Assembly (NCBI GenBank): GCA_963817955.1
Contig: CAWFQK010000004.1
Span: 1,408,001-1,472,000 of the forward strand
Source of the DNA: an uncultured Gemmatimonadaceae bacterium
GTDB lineage: Bacteria; Gemmatimonadota; Gemmatimonadetes; Gemmatimonadales; Gemmatimonadaceae
Length of the DNA: 64,000 bases
Reading direction: 5' to 3'
A model generated the notes under the pieces. It did no database searches. It had not been told where the DNA came from and saw only the letters and a list, made by a program, of their open reading frames with translations. The translations under genes were made by a program, and so were the position numbers. Numbering within the stretch: position 1 is the first letter of the stretch; each line of letters starts with the position of its first letter. Shown one piece after another: positions 50,063-59,105 of the stretch.

Positions 50063-52095
50063 TCAGTCTCATTGGGCAGAGCGCGCTGCAGGTGGCGCTC
50101 GCGATCTCCGTGCTCGGCATCATCGCGCTGCTCGCCGGCGGCAAGAAGGGGTCGCCGTCGATGCTCAGCGCCGGGTATGCTGCGGTCTACAGCAGCTTCG
50201 CGCTCGTCTGCGTGTCCACGATGGGAATGCTCGTCGCACTCGTCACGCATGACTTCAGCGTATCGTACGTGGCGCAAGTCGGAAGCCGCTCGACGCCGTT
50301 GTTCTTCACGATCATTTCCCTCTGGAGCGCACTCGAAGGCTCAATCCTCTTCTGGGGATTCTTGCTGTTCGGCTGCGCCGCACTCGCCGTACGTCTGCAC
50401 CGTAACGAACCCGGCCAGACCCTGCGCTATGCCGCCGCAACGTTGCTCGCGATCGGCGTGTTCTTTCTCATCCTGCTCATCGGCCCGGCGAATCCGTTCC
50501 ATCTCATCAGCCCGACGCCGGCTGACGGACCGGGTCCCAACCCCCTGTTGCAGAATCACCCGCTGATGGCGGTGCACCCACCGCTCCTCTATCTGGGGTA
50601 CGTCCTGTTTTCGGTGCCCTTCGCCTTGGCGGTCGGCGCCATGGTCTCCGGTGAAGTCGCGACGGATGGCTGGGTGCGCAGCGCGAAAGTGTGGACCGTG
50701 GCGGCGTGGATGTTTCTCTCTGCCGCGATCATTGCAGGCATGTGGTGGTCCTACGAAGTCCTCGGCTGGGGCGGCTATTGGGCGTGGGATCCCGTCGAGA
50801 ACGCGTCGTTCATGCCTTGGCTCACCGCGACCGCTTTTCTGCACTCCATTCTCGTGCAGGAACGACGCAAGATGCTGCGCGTCTGGAACCTCAACCTCAT
50901 CGTGGTGACGTTCGTGCTCACCGTGCTGGGCACGTTCCTTACCCGCAGCGGCATCCTGTCATCGGTGCACGCGTTCACGCAGGGAACCATCGGATACTAC
51001 TTCCTGGCGTTCATCGCGGTCGTGTTGGTGGGTTCGCTGGCACTCGTCGCCGGTTACGCGCCCGAGCTGCGCCAGCGCGGCTCGCTCGAGGACGTAGTCT
51101 CGCGAGAGACAGCATTCCTCTTTGCCAACCTCCTACTCAGCGTCATCACCTTCACGGTGTTGCTCGGCACGTTGTTCCCACTGGTCGCCGAGGCCATGCG
51201 CGGCATCAAGGTGTCCGTTGGAGCACCGTTCTTCAATCGCATGACCCTGCCGGTGATCATGGCCGTCATCTTCCTGCTCGGTGTCGGCCCGGGGCTACCA
51301 TGGCGGCGCACCGATCGGACGAAGCTCCGGGCTCAGATGCGCGGACCCGCCGTCGCAGGCGTGATTGTGGCGGTCATCGCACTCGTGGTGGGAGCGCGCG
51401 ACGTGTACGCAGTCCTCGCGTTCTCGCTCGGCGCGTTCGCTATGGTGACCAATCTTCAGGAATTCTGGATTGGCACGCGAGCGCGCATGCGTGCGCACGG
51501 TGAGCACGCGTTCACCGCGCTCGTTCGACTCACGGCCGCCAACCGACAGCGCTACGGCGGCTACATCGCCCACATCGGCGTGCTGGCCGCGGTCATTGGC
51601 ATCGCTGCGTCTTCCTCGTTCAAGACGGAGCGCGAGATCACGCTGACACCCGGTCAGACAGTGACGGTCGGTGGGCACGTGCTGCGTCTCGATAAGGTGT
51701 GGGGTCGCCAGGACGCCGGTCGCACGTCGATCGGCGCCGACATCTCGCTGTTGAACGATGGTCGTGTGATTGGCCATCTCGAGCCGCAACAACACTTTTT
51801 CGAATCCTCAGAACAACCGATTCCCACGCCGGCAGTCCGCAGCAATGCGCTGCACGACGTGTACGTCAATCTGATGGCCTTCAAGGAAGACGGATCGTCG
51901 GCGACGATTCGTGTGCTCATTGAGCCACTGGTGGCGTGGATCTGGGCGGGCGGTGGAATCGTGTGTCTGGGTGCGCTCGTTGGCTTGTGGCCCCGCAAGA
52001 AGCGGGTAGCACCCGAAGCGGTCGTGGCCCAAGCCCCAGCTCGCGCGGGCAGTCGGGCCAGTGCGGCAAATGTGCCGGCCGAGGTGGCGCCATGA
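50059..52095 (+). CDS. ccmF: Heme lyase CcmF
   Basis: GPNPLLQNH..HPP, WGGYWAWDPVEN and TRSG..SVHAF. Confidence 0.95.
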   Translation: MISLIGQSALQVALAISVLGIIALLAGGKKGSPSMLSAGYAAVYSSFALVCVSTMGMLVALVTHDFSVSYVAQVGSRSTPLFFTIISLWSALEGSILFWGFLLFGCAALAVRLHRNEPGQTLRYAAATLLAIGVFFLILLIGPANPFHLISPTPADGPGPNPLLQNHPLMAVHPPLLYLGYVLFSVPFALAVGAMVSGEVATDGWVRSAKVWTVAAWMFLSAAIIAGMWWSYEVLGWGGYWAWDPVENASFMPWLTATAFLHSILVQERRKMLRVWNLNLIVVTFVLTVLGTFLTRSGILSSVHAFTQGTIGYYFLAFIAVVLVGSLALVAGYAPELRQRGSLEDVVSRETAFLFANLLLSVITFTVLLGTLFPLVAEAMRGIKVSVGAPFFNRMTLPVIMAVIFLLGVGPGLPWRRTDRTKLRAQMRGPAVAGVIVAVIALVVGARDVYAVLAFSLGAFAMVTNLQEFWIGTRARMRAHGEHAFTALVRLTAANRQRYGGYIAHIGVLAAVIGIAASSSFKTEREITLTPGQTVTVGGHVLRLDKVWGRQDAGRTSIGADISLLNDGRVIGHLEPQQHFFESSEQPIPTPAVRSNALHDVYVNLMAFKEDGSSATIRVLIEPLVAWIWAGGGIVCLGALVGLWPRKKRVAPEAVVAQAPARAGSRASAANVPAEVAP

Positions 52096-52688
52096 GATGG
52101 AAACCTGCGGTCGCCGCGGCAGCGTTGGCAATTCCGGCCATCGCGTTGTTCGGTTTCGGTCTGACACGCGACCCTGGGGCGATTCCATCGCCACTTCCCG
52201 GGCGTGCCGCACCAACGTTCGTGCTTCCCGCATTCACGAGCGGCGAGCCGACGGAAACGCATCCCGGAAACATCCCGCAGGTGGACACGGTGCGGCTCGC
52301 CGCGCTGCGTGGGGATGTCGTCGTGCTGAACTTCTATGCATCGTGGTGCCTCGCCTGCCGCGACGAGCACTCGGTGCTCTCTCGAGTGGCGTCGCGGTAT
52401 GTCGGTAGCGACGTGCACTTCAATGGCGTGATCTACAACGACCAACCCGGCGCCGCGTTGCAGTGGCTGAAGGAAATGGGGCCGCTGCCGTATCCATCAC
52501 TTGTCGATCCGGGCTCGCATACGGCAATCGATTACGGTCTGTACGGCGTGCCTGAGACGTTCTTCATCGATCGCAACGGCCAAGTCGCGGATAAGCACGT
52601 TGGTCCGGTAACGGACAGCGTGCTCGTTGCCGAGATCGAGCGCCTGCGTGCGCAGCCGAAAACGGCCGCGAAGGCAGGCGCCCAATGA
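52092..52688 (+). CDS. ccmG: Thiol-disulfide oxidoreductase CcmG/DsbE
   Basis: LNFYASWCLAC and YGVPETFFID. Confidence 0.9.
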   Translation: MRWKPAVAAAALAIPAIALFGFGLTRDPGAIPSPLPGRAAPTFVLPAFTSGEPTETHPGNIPQVDTVRLAALRGDVVVLNFYASWCLACRDEHSVLSRVASRYVGSDVHFNGVIYNDQPGAALQWLKEMGPLPYPSLVDPGSHTAIDYGLYGVPETFFIDRNGQVADKHVGPVTDSVLVAEIERLRAQPKTAAKAGAQ

Positions 52689-53143
52689 TCAGCGCTCGCC
52701 TGCCTCGCCTGTTCGGCATCCTGGTGACAGTCGCGTTTTCCACGGCCTCCCTCGGCGCGCTGCATGCGCTGCCCGCCCAGCAGCCGCCGCTCGCTCCGGC
52801 CGCCGCCGCGGAATCAACCCTTGATGCGCGCACGCGCGCCGTCGCTTCGGATCTGCGGTGTCCGGTATGCCAAGGACTTTCCATCCAGGACTCGCCATCG
52901 GAACTCGCGCAGCAGATGCGCGATCTGGTGAAGCAGCAACTCGACTCCGGCCGCTCGCCCGCTCAGATCAAGGACTACTTCGTCGGCCGATATGGTGAGT
53001 GGATTCTCATGGCACCGGAAGCGCACGGCTTCAACTGGCTGGTGTATCTCCTTCCATTTCTTGTGCTCGGATTCGGCGGATGGATCTTGTTGGTGGCACT
53101 CCGGCGATGGACGGTGAGCAAGGACGTCGATGCCAATCCGTAG
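52685..53143 (+). CDS. ccmH: Cytochrome c biogenesis protein CcmH
   Basis: LRCPVCQ..DS..RYGEWIL. Confidence 0.92.
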   Translation: MISARLPRLFGILVTVAFSTASLGALHALPAQQPPLAPAAAAESTLDARTRAVASDLRCPVCQGLSIQDSPSELAQQMRDLVKQQLDSGRSPAQIKDYFVGRYGEWILMAPEAHGFNWLVYLLPFLVLGFGGWILLVALRRWTVSKDVDANP

Positions 53144-53174
53144 ACGTTAGCATTGTGGATCGAAGCTGATGTGG

Positions 53175-53206
53175 GAACGGCACACCATCTCGGTGTGCCG
53201 TTCTTT
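53175..53206 (+). terminator. Terminator after the ccm operon
   Basis: GAACGGCACACC-ATCTC-GGTGTGCCGTTC-TTT. Confidence 0.75.
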
Positions 53207-53217
53207 GCATGCACAGG

Positions 53218-53300
53218 AAACGAGACATGGGATACGAGACACGGGGCACGGGACACGAGATGCCTGTCGTCCTGAGCGAAGCGAAGGATCTCTGTGACCG
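53218..53300. repeat. Heptamer repeats plus one arm of the GTC.TCCTGAGCGAAGCGAAGGATCTC repeat
   Basis: ACGAGAC/ACGGGAC units followed by the same arm as in the element copies. Confidence 0.7.
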
Positions 53301-53507
53301 GCTGGCTTGACGAGGACCTTCGGCAGAATACGCGCGCCCCTGTCATGAAACACCTGACTGTGTTCGGGCACCGAGCCGACTGGAGACGCGCGAGGGGGGC
53401 GCGATACTGATTCCACACACAGGCGTGTGGGGCAGTTGATGAACCGGCTTGGAACGGTCTGCGCGAGATCCGTGAGACCGATTCCCTGAATCTTGGGAGA
53501 GAGATAT

Positions 53508-54962
53508 ATGTCACGCCGTATTACTCGAGTCGCGCAATTCGGCGCACTCCTCGCTGCGTCGGTCGCGATCGCCGCATGCGTGAATGACAATGTGGTATAT
53601 CGCGACCGGGCGCTGACCGTATCGGCACCACCCGCGGGGGCTGGCTTCGTCGGCTACACCGACACGGCGACCAAGCAGACCGCCTGTGGCAATTGTCACG
53701 TCGAGCAGCAAGCGAAGTGGGCGACCACGAAGCACGCCAGCGCGTGGGCAGACCTGCAGGCCAGCGGCCATTCGAGCAGTGCCTGCGAATCTTGCCATGC
53801 AGTGAGTAACCTGGGCAATGGAGTCGCCGACTCGAACGTCGCGTACGCCGCCACGAAGGACACTCGGTATACCGACGTTCAGTGCGAGAACTGCCACGGT
53901 CCTGGCCAGCAACACGTATCGACTCCGGCTATCACAAACCGGCCGCTCGCGTCGATCCAGGTGGACACGGGGACGAAGGACATCAACGGCTGCGGCCAGT
54001 GCCACACTGGTACGCACGAGCCGTTCGTGGACGAATGGAAGCAGACGTTCGCGCAGGGACACGCGCACCTCGAAGCGCACGCGCTCACGAGCACCGATCC
54101 CACGTGCGTGACCTGTCACACCGGTCAGGGCGCGCTCCTCAAGTTCAACGTCAACACTGCGTATAAGGAGAAGGATCAGATCACGACGAACCCGGTGGCG
54201 ATCACCTGCGCCGTGTGTCACGATCCGCACGCAGCGACAGTCGGCAAACAGCTGCGCTTCGCCATTGACACTCCCGATCCGACGCGGAATCTGTGCATGC
54301 AGTGCCACAATCGCGATTCGGGCCCGAATCCAACCTCATCGCGTGGACCGATGACTCCGGAGACGGCGACGTTGCTCGGTACCGCCGGCTGGTGGCCGCC
54401 GAACCTCACGCTTGTCGACACGTCCGCCATTCTCGCGACGCACGGCTCGAGCTCGAACACCAGATTGTGCGCTACGTGCCACGTGGTCAGAACTGCGGTC
54501 AACGATCCGAAGACTGGCAGCTTCGTATTCCAGGCGACCGGACACAACTTTGCCGCAATTCCCTGCTTGGACGCGAACGGCAAGCCGACGACTGGTGACT
54601 GTGCCATCTCCCAGCGAACCTTCACGGCGTGTGCCGGCAGCGGTTGCCATGCATCGGACGTCGTCGGCCGGTCGCTGTATATCACCGACAGCCTACGCAT
54701 CGCGGCGCTCGAGACGACGCTGAGCGGCCAACTGGGCAAGGCTCCGGCGAGTTCGCTTAACTACACGAGCACCACGCTCACAACGGCTAAGGGTGCGACA
54801 TGGAATCTGCAGGTCGCACAGAAACCAGGCGCATGGATCCACAATCCATTCCTGATTGAGGCGCTCCTCACGGCCTCGATCAAGCAGATGACGCTGGACT
54901 ACGGGATCGCACCGAGCACCAGCATCTCACTCGACAACATTCTGCGTCGGCGGATTCGGTAA
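53508..54962 (+). CDS. Multiheme c-type cytochrome lipoprotein (8 CxxCH + 1 CX4CH)
   Basis: Lipobox IAAC; motifs counted by eye. Confidence 0.88.
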   Translation: MSRRITRVAQFGALLAASVAIAACVNDNVVYRDRALTVSAPPAGAGFVGYTDTATKQTACGNCHVEQQAKWATTKHASAWADLQASGHSSSACESCHAVSNLGNGVADSNVAYAATKDTRYTDVQCENCHGPGQQHVSTPAITNRPLASIQVDTGTKDINGCGQCHTGTHEPFVDEWKQTFAQGHAHLEAHALTSTDPTCVTCHTGQGALLKFNVNTAYKEKDQITTNPVAITCAVCHDPHAATVGKQLRFAIDTPDPTRNLCMQCHNRDSGPNPTSSRGPMTPETATLLGTAGWWPPNLTLVDTSAILATHGSSSNTRLCATCHVVRTAVNDPKTGSFVFQATGHNFAAIPCLDANGKPTTGDCAISQRTFTACAGSGCHASDVVGRSLYITDSLRIAALETTLSGQLGKAPASSLNYTSTTLTTAKGATWNLQVAQKPGAWIHNPFLIEALLTASIKQMTLDYGIAPSTSISLDNILRRRIR

Positions 54963-54992
54963 CCGACGGGCGGTAGGTTGGATCAGCACGGG

Positions 54993-55037
54993 ACGTACGC
55001 GGGCCGGAGGTTACCAAACCTTCGGCCCGTGGTACGT
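54993..55037 (+). terminator. Long hairpin downstream of the 8-heme gene
   Basis: ACGTAC.CGGGCCGGAGGTT / AACCTTCGGCCCG..GTACGT; no U-tract. Confidence 0.55.
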
Positions 55038-55284
55038 AGAGGACCGTTGGATGGCATACGCCGTTCGCGACAACCCCAGCCCGTGTGTGTCCGTCCGATG
55101 CCGATGGCCACCGTCCGTGATCCCGCACACGCCGCACAGAGTTCTCCGATGACGTCGCGCACCCACACGGTGTTATGTACATCTGCGAATATGGCGGGCG
55201 CTACTCTGGCGCCCACGCGCGACGGTCCCGCAGCCATTACAAGGCGACCGCCATCAGCGCGTTCCCTTTGCACCTGGCGGTCAG

Positions 55285-56718
55285 GTGATCGTGACACGAT
55301 ATATTGCGCGGGCACGCTCGATAGGCGCTGATCTTTGGGCCGCCTCGGCGATGCTGGCATTCATCTTCGCGCTGCTCGCGGCGGCCGCGCCATTGTGGGC
55401 GCAGGGGCCGCGGCTGGTAGCATCACGCGGCGGCGTGCAGTGCCAGAAGTGCCACGCCAACCATGAGTTTCTGGTGGGCAAAGCAAGAACGGAGCGAGGC
55501 GACTCGGCGCTGTATGTGCCAGACACGCTCCTGCGCGACTCGCGCCATGCAAAACTCAGTTGCGCCGACTGCCACCCTGGCTATGACAAAGGGTATCCGC
55601 ACAACGCGACTGTCGTGGCCGTGCCCTGTCAAAGCTGCCACGAGAAGGAAGGCCTGGCATGGGCACGCTCGATCCATGCGCCGAACGCCAAGACTGTCGG
55701 CGACGCTCCGACGTGCGTGAGTTGCCACACGCAGCACCACGTGCTCGGCGTCGAGGACCCTCGCTCGCCCACGTACGCGCTGAACGTGGCCAAGACGTGC
55801 GGAAAGTGCCACAGTGACCGCCGAATCATCGGCACGTACTTCACGAAGGCGAAGGATGCGCAGGCGCGAACGGCAGTGGCGGAGTACTACAAGACGGTTC
55901 ATGGCATAGCGAGCACCAAGTCCGGCCTGGTGGTATCTGCGACGTGCAACGACTGTCATGACGCACATCTCATCCTTCCGCCCGATTCGTCCGAGTCCAC
56001 CATCAATCGCGCGCACGTGGCGGCAACGTGCGGCGCGTGCCACGCCGGTGTGCTCGCAACCTTCGACTCGTCTTCGCATGGGCGGGCGTTCGCCTCGGGC
56101 AAGAAGACCAACACCGGTCACGCGGCGCCGGTGTGCATCGACTGCCACGCTGGACACAAGATCGTGGCCGCTCGCGACTCGGTGTGGTTTCGGGGCGTAG
56201 TGGCCGAGTGCGGCTCATGTCACGAACGACTGACCAAGACTTACTTCGAGACATACCACGGCCAGGTGACTGAGCTTGGCTTTGGGCTCACGGCCAAGTG
56301 CAGTGATTGCCATACCGCGCACTCAATGCTCCCACCCACCGATCCACGGTCGTCGGTGAACGCGGCCAACCTCGTAGCGACGTGCAGCAAGTGCCACGCG
56401 GGCGCGAATGCCAAGTTCGTGCAGTACATGCCGCACGGCGATCCACAGAATCGCGCGAAGAACCCCGGGCTGTTCTGGGTCTGGTTGTTCATGACGTCGC
56501 TCCTGGTGGGAGTATTCTCGTTCTTCGGCCTCCACACATTCCTGTGGCTGATGCGCCTGACATTGGATCGGCTGCACGGGGGCGGTGCGGCCAAGCCTCC
56601 GGTAGCAGAGCCCGTGACGGAGAGTGGTGAGGAGCATGCCGGTGTTCGCGCACCAGAAACAACAATCGCCGGCACGAGGCGCGAGCCTATCGGGCCCGGA
56701 ACTCGGGAGAAGCAATGA
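55285..56718 (+). CDS. 11-heme periplasmic cytochrome c with C-terminal TM anchor, CbcL-like (start may be 55351)
   Basis: 11 CxxCH; TM ending FFGLHTFLW. Confidence 0.88.
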   Translation: MIVTRYIARARSIGADLWAASAMLAFIFALLAAAAPLWAQGPRLVASRGGVQCQKCHANHEFLVGKARTERGDSALYVPDTLLRDSRHAKLSCADCHPGYDKGYPHNATVVAVPCQSCHEKEGLAWARSIHAPNAKTVGDAPTCVSCHTQHHVLGVEDPRSPTYALNVAKTCGKCHSDRRIIGTYFTKAKDAQARTAVAEYYKTVHGIASTKSGLVVSATCNDCHDAHLILPPDSSESTINRAHVAATCGACHAGVLATFDSSSHGRAFASGKKTNTGHAAPVCIDCHAGHKIVAARDSVWFRGVVAECGSCHERLTKTYFETYHGQVTELGFGLTAKCSDCHTAHSMLPPTDPRSSVNAANLVATCSKCHAGANAKFVQYMPHGDPQNRAKNPGLFWVWLFMTSLLVGVFSFFGLHTFLWLMRLTLDRLHGGGAAKPPVAEPVTESGEEHAGVRAPETTIAGTRREPIGPGTREKQ

Positions 56719-57626
56719 GCAACGAGCCGTTCGTTACGGCGGCGACGGCGATTCCCGTCTCCGTGAGAGGTACCGAGGCCAAACCACTGGCTGTATCCGA
56801 CCAGGGCGCTGGGCCGTACATCCGCCGCTTCGGAGCGGTGGAGCGTACGACGCATGCGCTCGTGATGGTCTCGTTCTTCGGCCTCGTAATCACGGGCGTG
56901 CCCCTGCGCTTCGCATCTGCGCCCTGGGCCGTACCGCTCATGCAGTTCCTGGGGGGCGCAGCCGCAGCAGCGGTTCTGCACCGGTTTTGCGCCGTGATCA
57001 CGTTCGGTTACTTCGGGCTGCATCTGGGCATGGTCGTCAAGAATTTCATGCGCGCCGAGAGCAAGTTGTCGATCTTCTGGGGCCCTCGCTCAATGGTGCC
57101 GCAGCCGAAGGACATTCGAGACGTCATCGGCATGTTCCGCTGGTTCATCCGCGGCGGAGTCCGTCCGAAGTTCGACCGCTACAGTTACATGGAAAAGTTC
57201 GACTATTGGGCCGTGTTCTGGGGTGTCGGAATCATCGGCGGTTCAGGCCTGCTGCTCTGGTTCCCGACATTCTTCTCGCATGTTCTGCCCGGGTGGGCGT
57301 TCAACGTTGCGACGATCGTTCACGGCGACGAAGCACTGCTCGCGCTTGGCTTCATCTTCACGATCCATTTCTTCAACGTTCACTTCCGACCCGAGAAATT
57401 CCCGATCGACCTGGTGATCTTTACCGGCCGCGCACGGGCGGAGTACTTCGAGGAAGAGCATCCGCTGGAATACGAGCGAGAACTGCACTCCGGCCGGTTG
57501 GCCGCATTGCAGACATCGGCCCCATCGCGATCGACGTACCTCTGGTCGATGGCGTTCGGATTCGCGGCCCTTGCGCTGGGCGTGTTCCTGGTTGGCCTGG
57601 TCATCTACGCAGTGTTGAGAGGATGA
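56715..57626 (+). CDS. Membrane b-type cytochrome (FdnI/CbcL-type)
   Basis: ERTTH, LHRF, FDRYSYMEKFDYWAVFWG, VHGDEA..IHFFNVH and EEEHPLE. Confidence 0.9.
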   Translation: MSNEPFVTAATAIPVSVRGTEAKPLAVSDQGAGPYIRRFGAVERTTHALVMVSFFGLVITGVPLRFASAPWAVPLMQFLGGAAAAAVLHRFCAVITFGYFGLHLGMVVKNFMRAESKLSIFWGPRSMVPQPKDIRDVIGMFRWFIRGGVRPKFDRYSYMEKFDYWAVFWGVGIIGGSGLLLWFPTFFSHVLPGWAFNVATIVHGDEALLALGFIFTIHFFNVHFRPEKFPIDLVIFTGRARAEYFEEEHPLEYERELHSGRLAALQTSAPSRSTYLWSMAFGFAALALGVFLVGLVIYAVLRG

Positions 57627-59095
57627 ACGCGTTTCGGCGCGGCGTAGCCGGCGGCCTGTTCGTCAGGCTCGCCCGCGCCGTTGCCGTCGGCTTGCTCGTT
57701 GGCATCAGCGGAAGCGCACTCACGAGCTGTTCTTCCAGCGCGCCGCCGCCTCGAGCGACGCGCGACACCACGGCGCATGTCGCAGTGTTGCAGGGCAGCG
57801 ACCGGGACGCGCCCACGCGTGTGCTGAGCACCGAATGTACGGATTGCCATCCGCATACGCATGACGCCGTGCTCGGCCGCGGCCCGTCAGCATCAGCACG
57901 GTGTGGCGCGTGCCACGCGTCCGTCCACGACACGATCCAGGCGCTGTACGCTGGCCTGACGCGCCGCGCCGCAGTGCGGCCCGATCCCATGTTCGTGGCG
58001 CGCGTTCAGTGCGCCGAGTGCCATTCTGATACGACGCTGGCCATGCGTGCCGGCGCCGCGCGACTGGCAGCCGTCGATCGCGCGTGTACGAGCTGTCACG
58101 GCCCCAAGTTCGTGGGCATGCTCCCGCGATGGAGCACGGGAATGCAGTGGCGTACCCGCGCCGTATCGGAATACGTGAATCGTGCTGCGGCCGACCCGCG
58201 GCTCACCACGGCCCCATCTGCCCGCGCACGCATCCAGGCTGCGAAACAGACAGTGATCCTGGTGACGACCGCCGGCGCTCTGCACAACGTGCGCGGTGCC
58301 GATGCCCTGCTCCGTAGCGCACTCGATAGCGCAGCGGCCGCGTACACCGGCCCCGGCCTGGCCGTGCCGGAGCGTCCGACGCTCGGTCCCGATCCCGCAC
58401 GCGTCTCGTGTGTCGGGTGCCACTATGGCATAGAGGGCGCTCGCGATTCTGTGTTCGGTCAGCCCTTCGATCACAGTGCGCATGTGTTGCGTGGCAACGT
58501 GGCATGCAATGCATGCCATAGCGCTGTCGACTATATCGTGCCCGGCAAGCACGAGGTGGACAAACGACACGGCAGGACGATGGTCACGCCTGCGTCGTGC
58601 AACGCATGCCACCACAATGCGACGTCCGCCGTGGCGTGCAGCACGTGTCACGCGGGCGATGCGCGGCTCGCACGCGCAATCCGCGTGGCAATGCCGCTGC
58701 GCCTCCGCCCGCCGAACGCGCCGACGTCTCGCGACGTGGCGTTCGAGCATCGTGACCATGCGAAGGTAGAGTGCGCGAGCTGCCATACCGCGCGCACGGC
58801 GGTGCGCACCACCGCGGCGTGCGCGACCTGTCATCAGACCCATCATGTCGCGGTAGCGCAGTGCATGAAGTGCCATGGGTCGGACATGCACGCGGCGCAC
58901 AAGGCTGCGGACCACCTGGCGTGCACCAATTGCCACGCCCGCGAGACCCTGGCACTGCTCACCCCCGACCGCAGCTTCTGCGTGAGCTGCCACGCGGATC
59001 GCGCCGCACACAAGGGCGGCCGCGAGTGCTCGGCGTGTCACATGCAAAGCACGCCGTCAGAGCTGCGCAAGAGAATTCTCAGCGGAACGCGCTGA
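57623..59095 (+). CDS. 14-heme c-type cytochrome, probable lipoprotein
   Basis: ATGA overlap with the cytochrome b stop; LTSC lipobox; 14 CxxCH. Confidence 0.88.
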   Translation: MNAFRRGVAGGLFVRLARAVAVGLLVGISGSALTSCSSSAPPPRATRDTTAHVAVLQGSDRDAPTRVLSTECTDCHPHTHDAVLGRGPSASARCGACHASVHDTIQALYAGLTRRAAVRPDPMFVARVQCAECHSDTTLAMRAGAARLAAVDRACTSCHGPKFVGMLPRWSTGMQWRTRAVSEYVNRAAADPRLTTAPSARARIQAAKQTVILVTTAGALHNVRGADALLRSALDSAAAAYTGPGLAVPERPTLGPDPARVSCVGCHYGIEGARDSVFGQPFDHSAHVLRGNVACNACHSAVDYIVPGKHEVDKRHGRTMVTPASCNACHHNATSAVACSTCHAGDARLARAIRVAMPLRLRPPNAPTSRDVAFEHRDHAKVECASCHTARTAVRTTAACATCHQTHHVAVAQCMKCHGSDMHAAHKAADHLACTNCHARETLALLTPDRSFCVSCHADRAAHKGGRECSACHMQSTPSELRKRILSGTR

Positions 59096-59105
59096 TCGCG
59101 GGCAC

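Noticed and set aside
54978..55360. ORFs between the 8-heme and 11-heme genes
   Set aside because: No RBS or motif and they overlap a hairpin; more likely a terminator and promoter region.
56624..57622. N-terminal extension of the 823-aa ORF (similarly 49807-50058, 41935-42480 and 44074-44781)
   Set aside because: These are shadow extensions over the real upstream genes; the true starts sit at stop/start overlaps.
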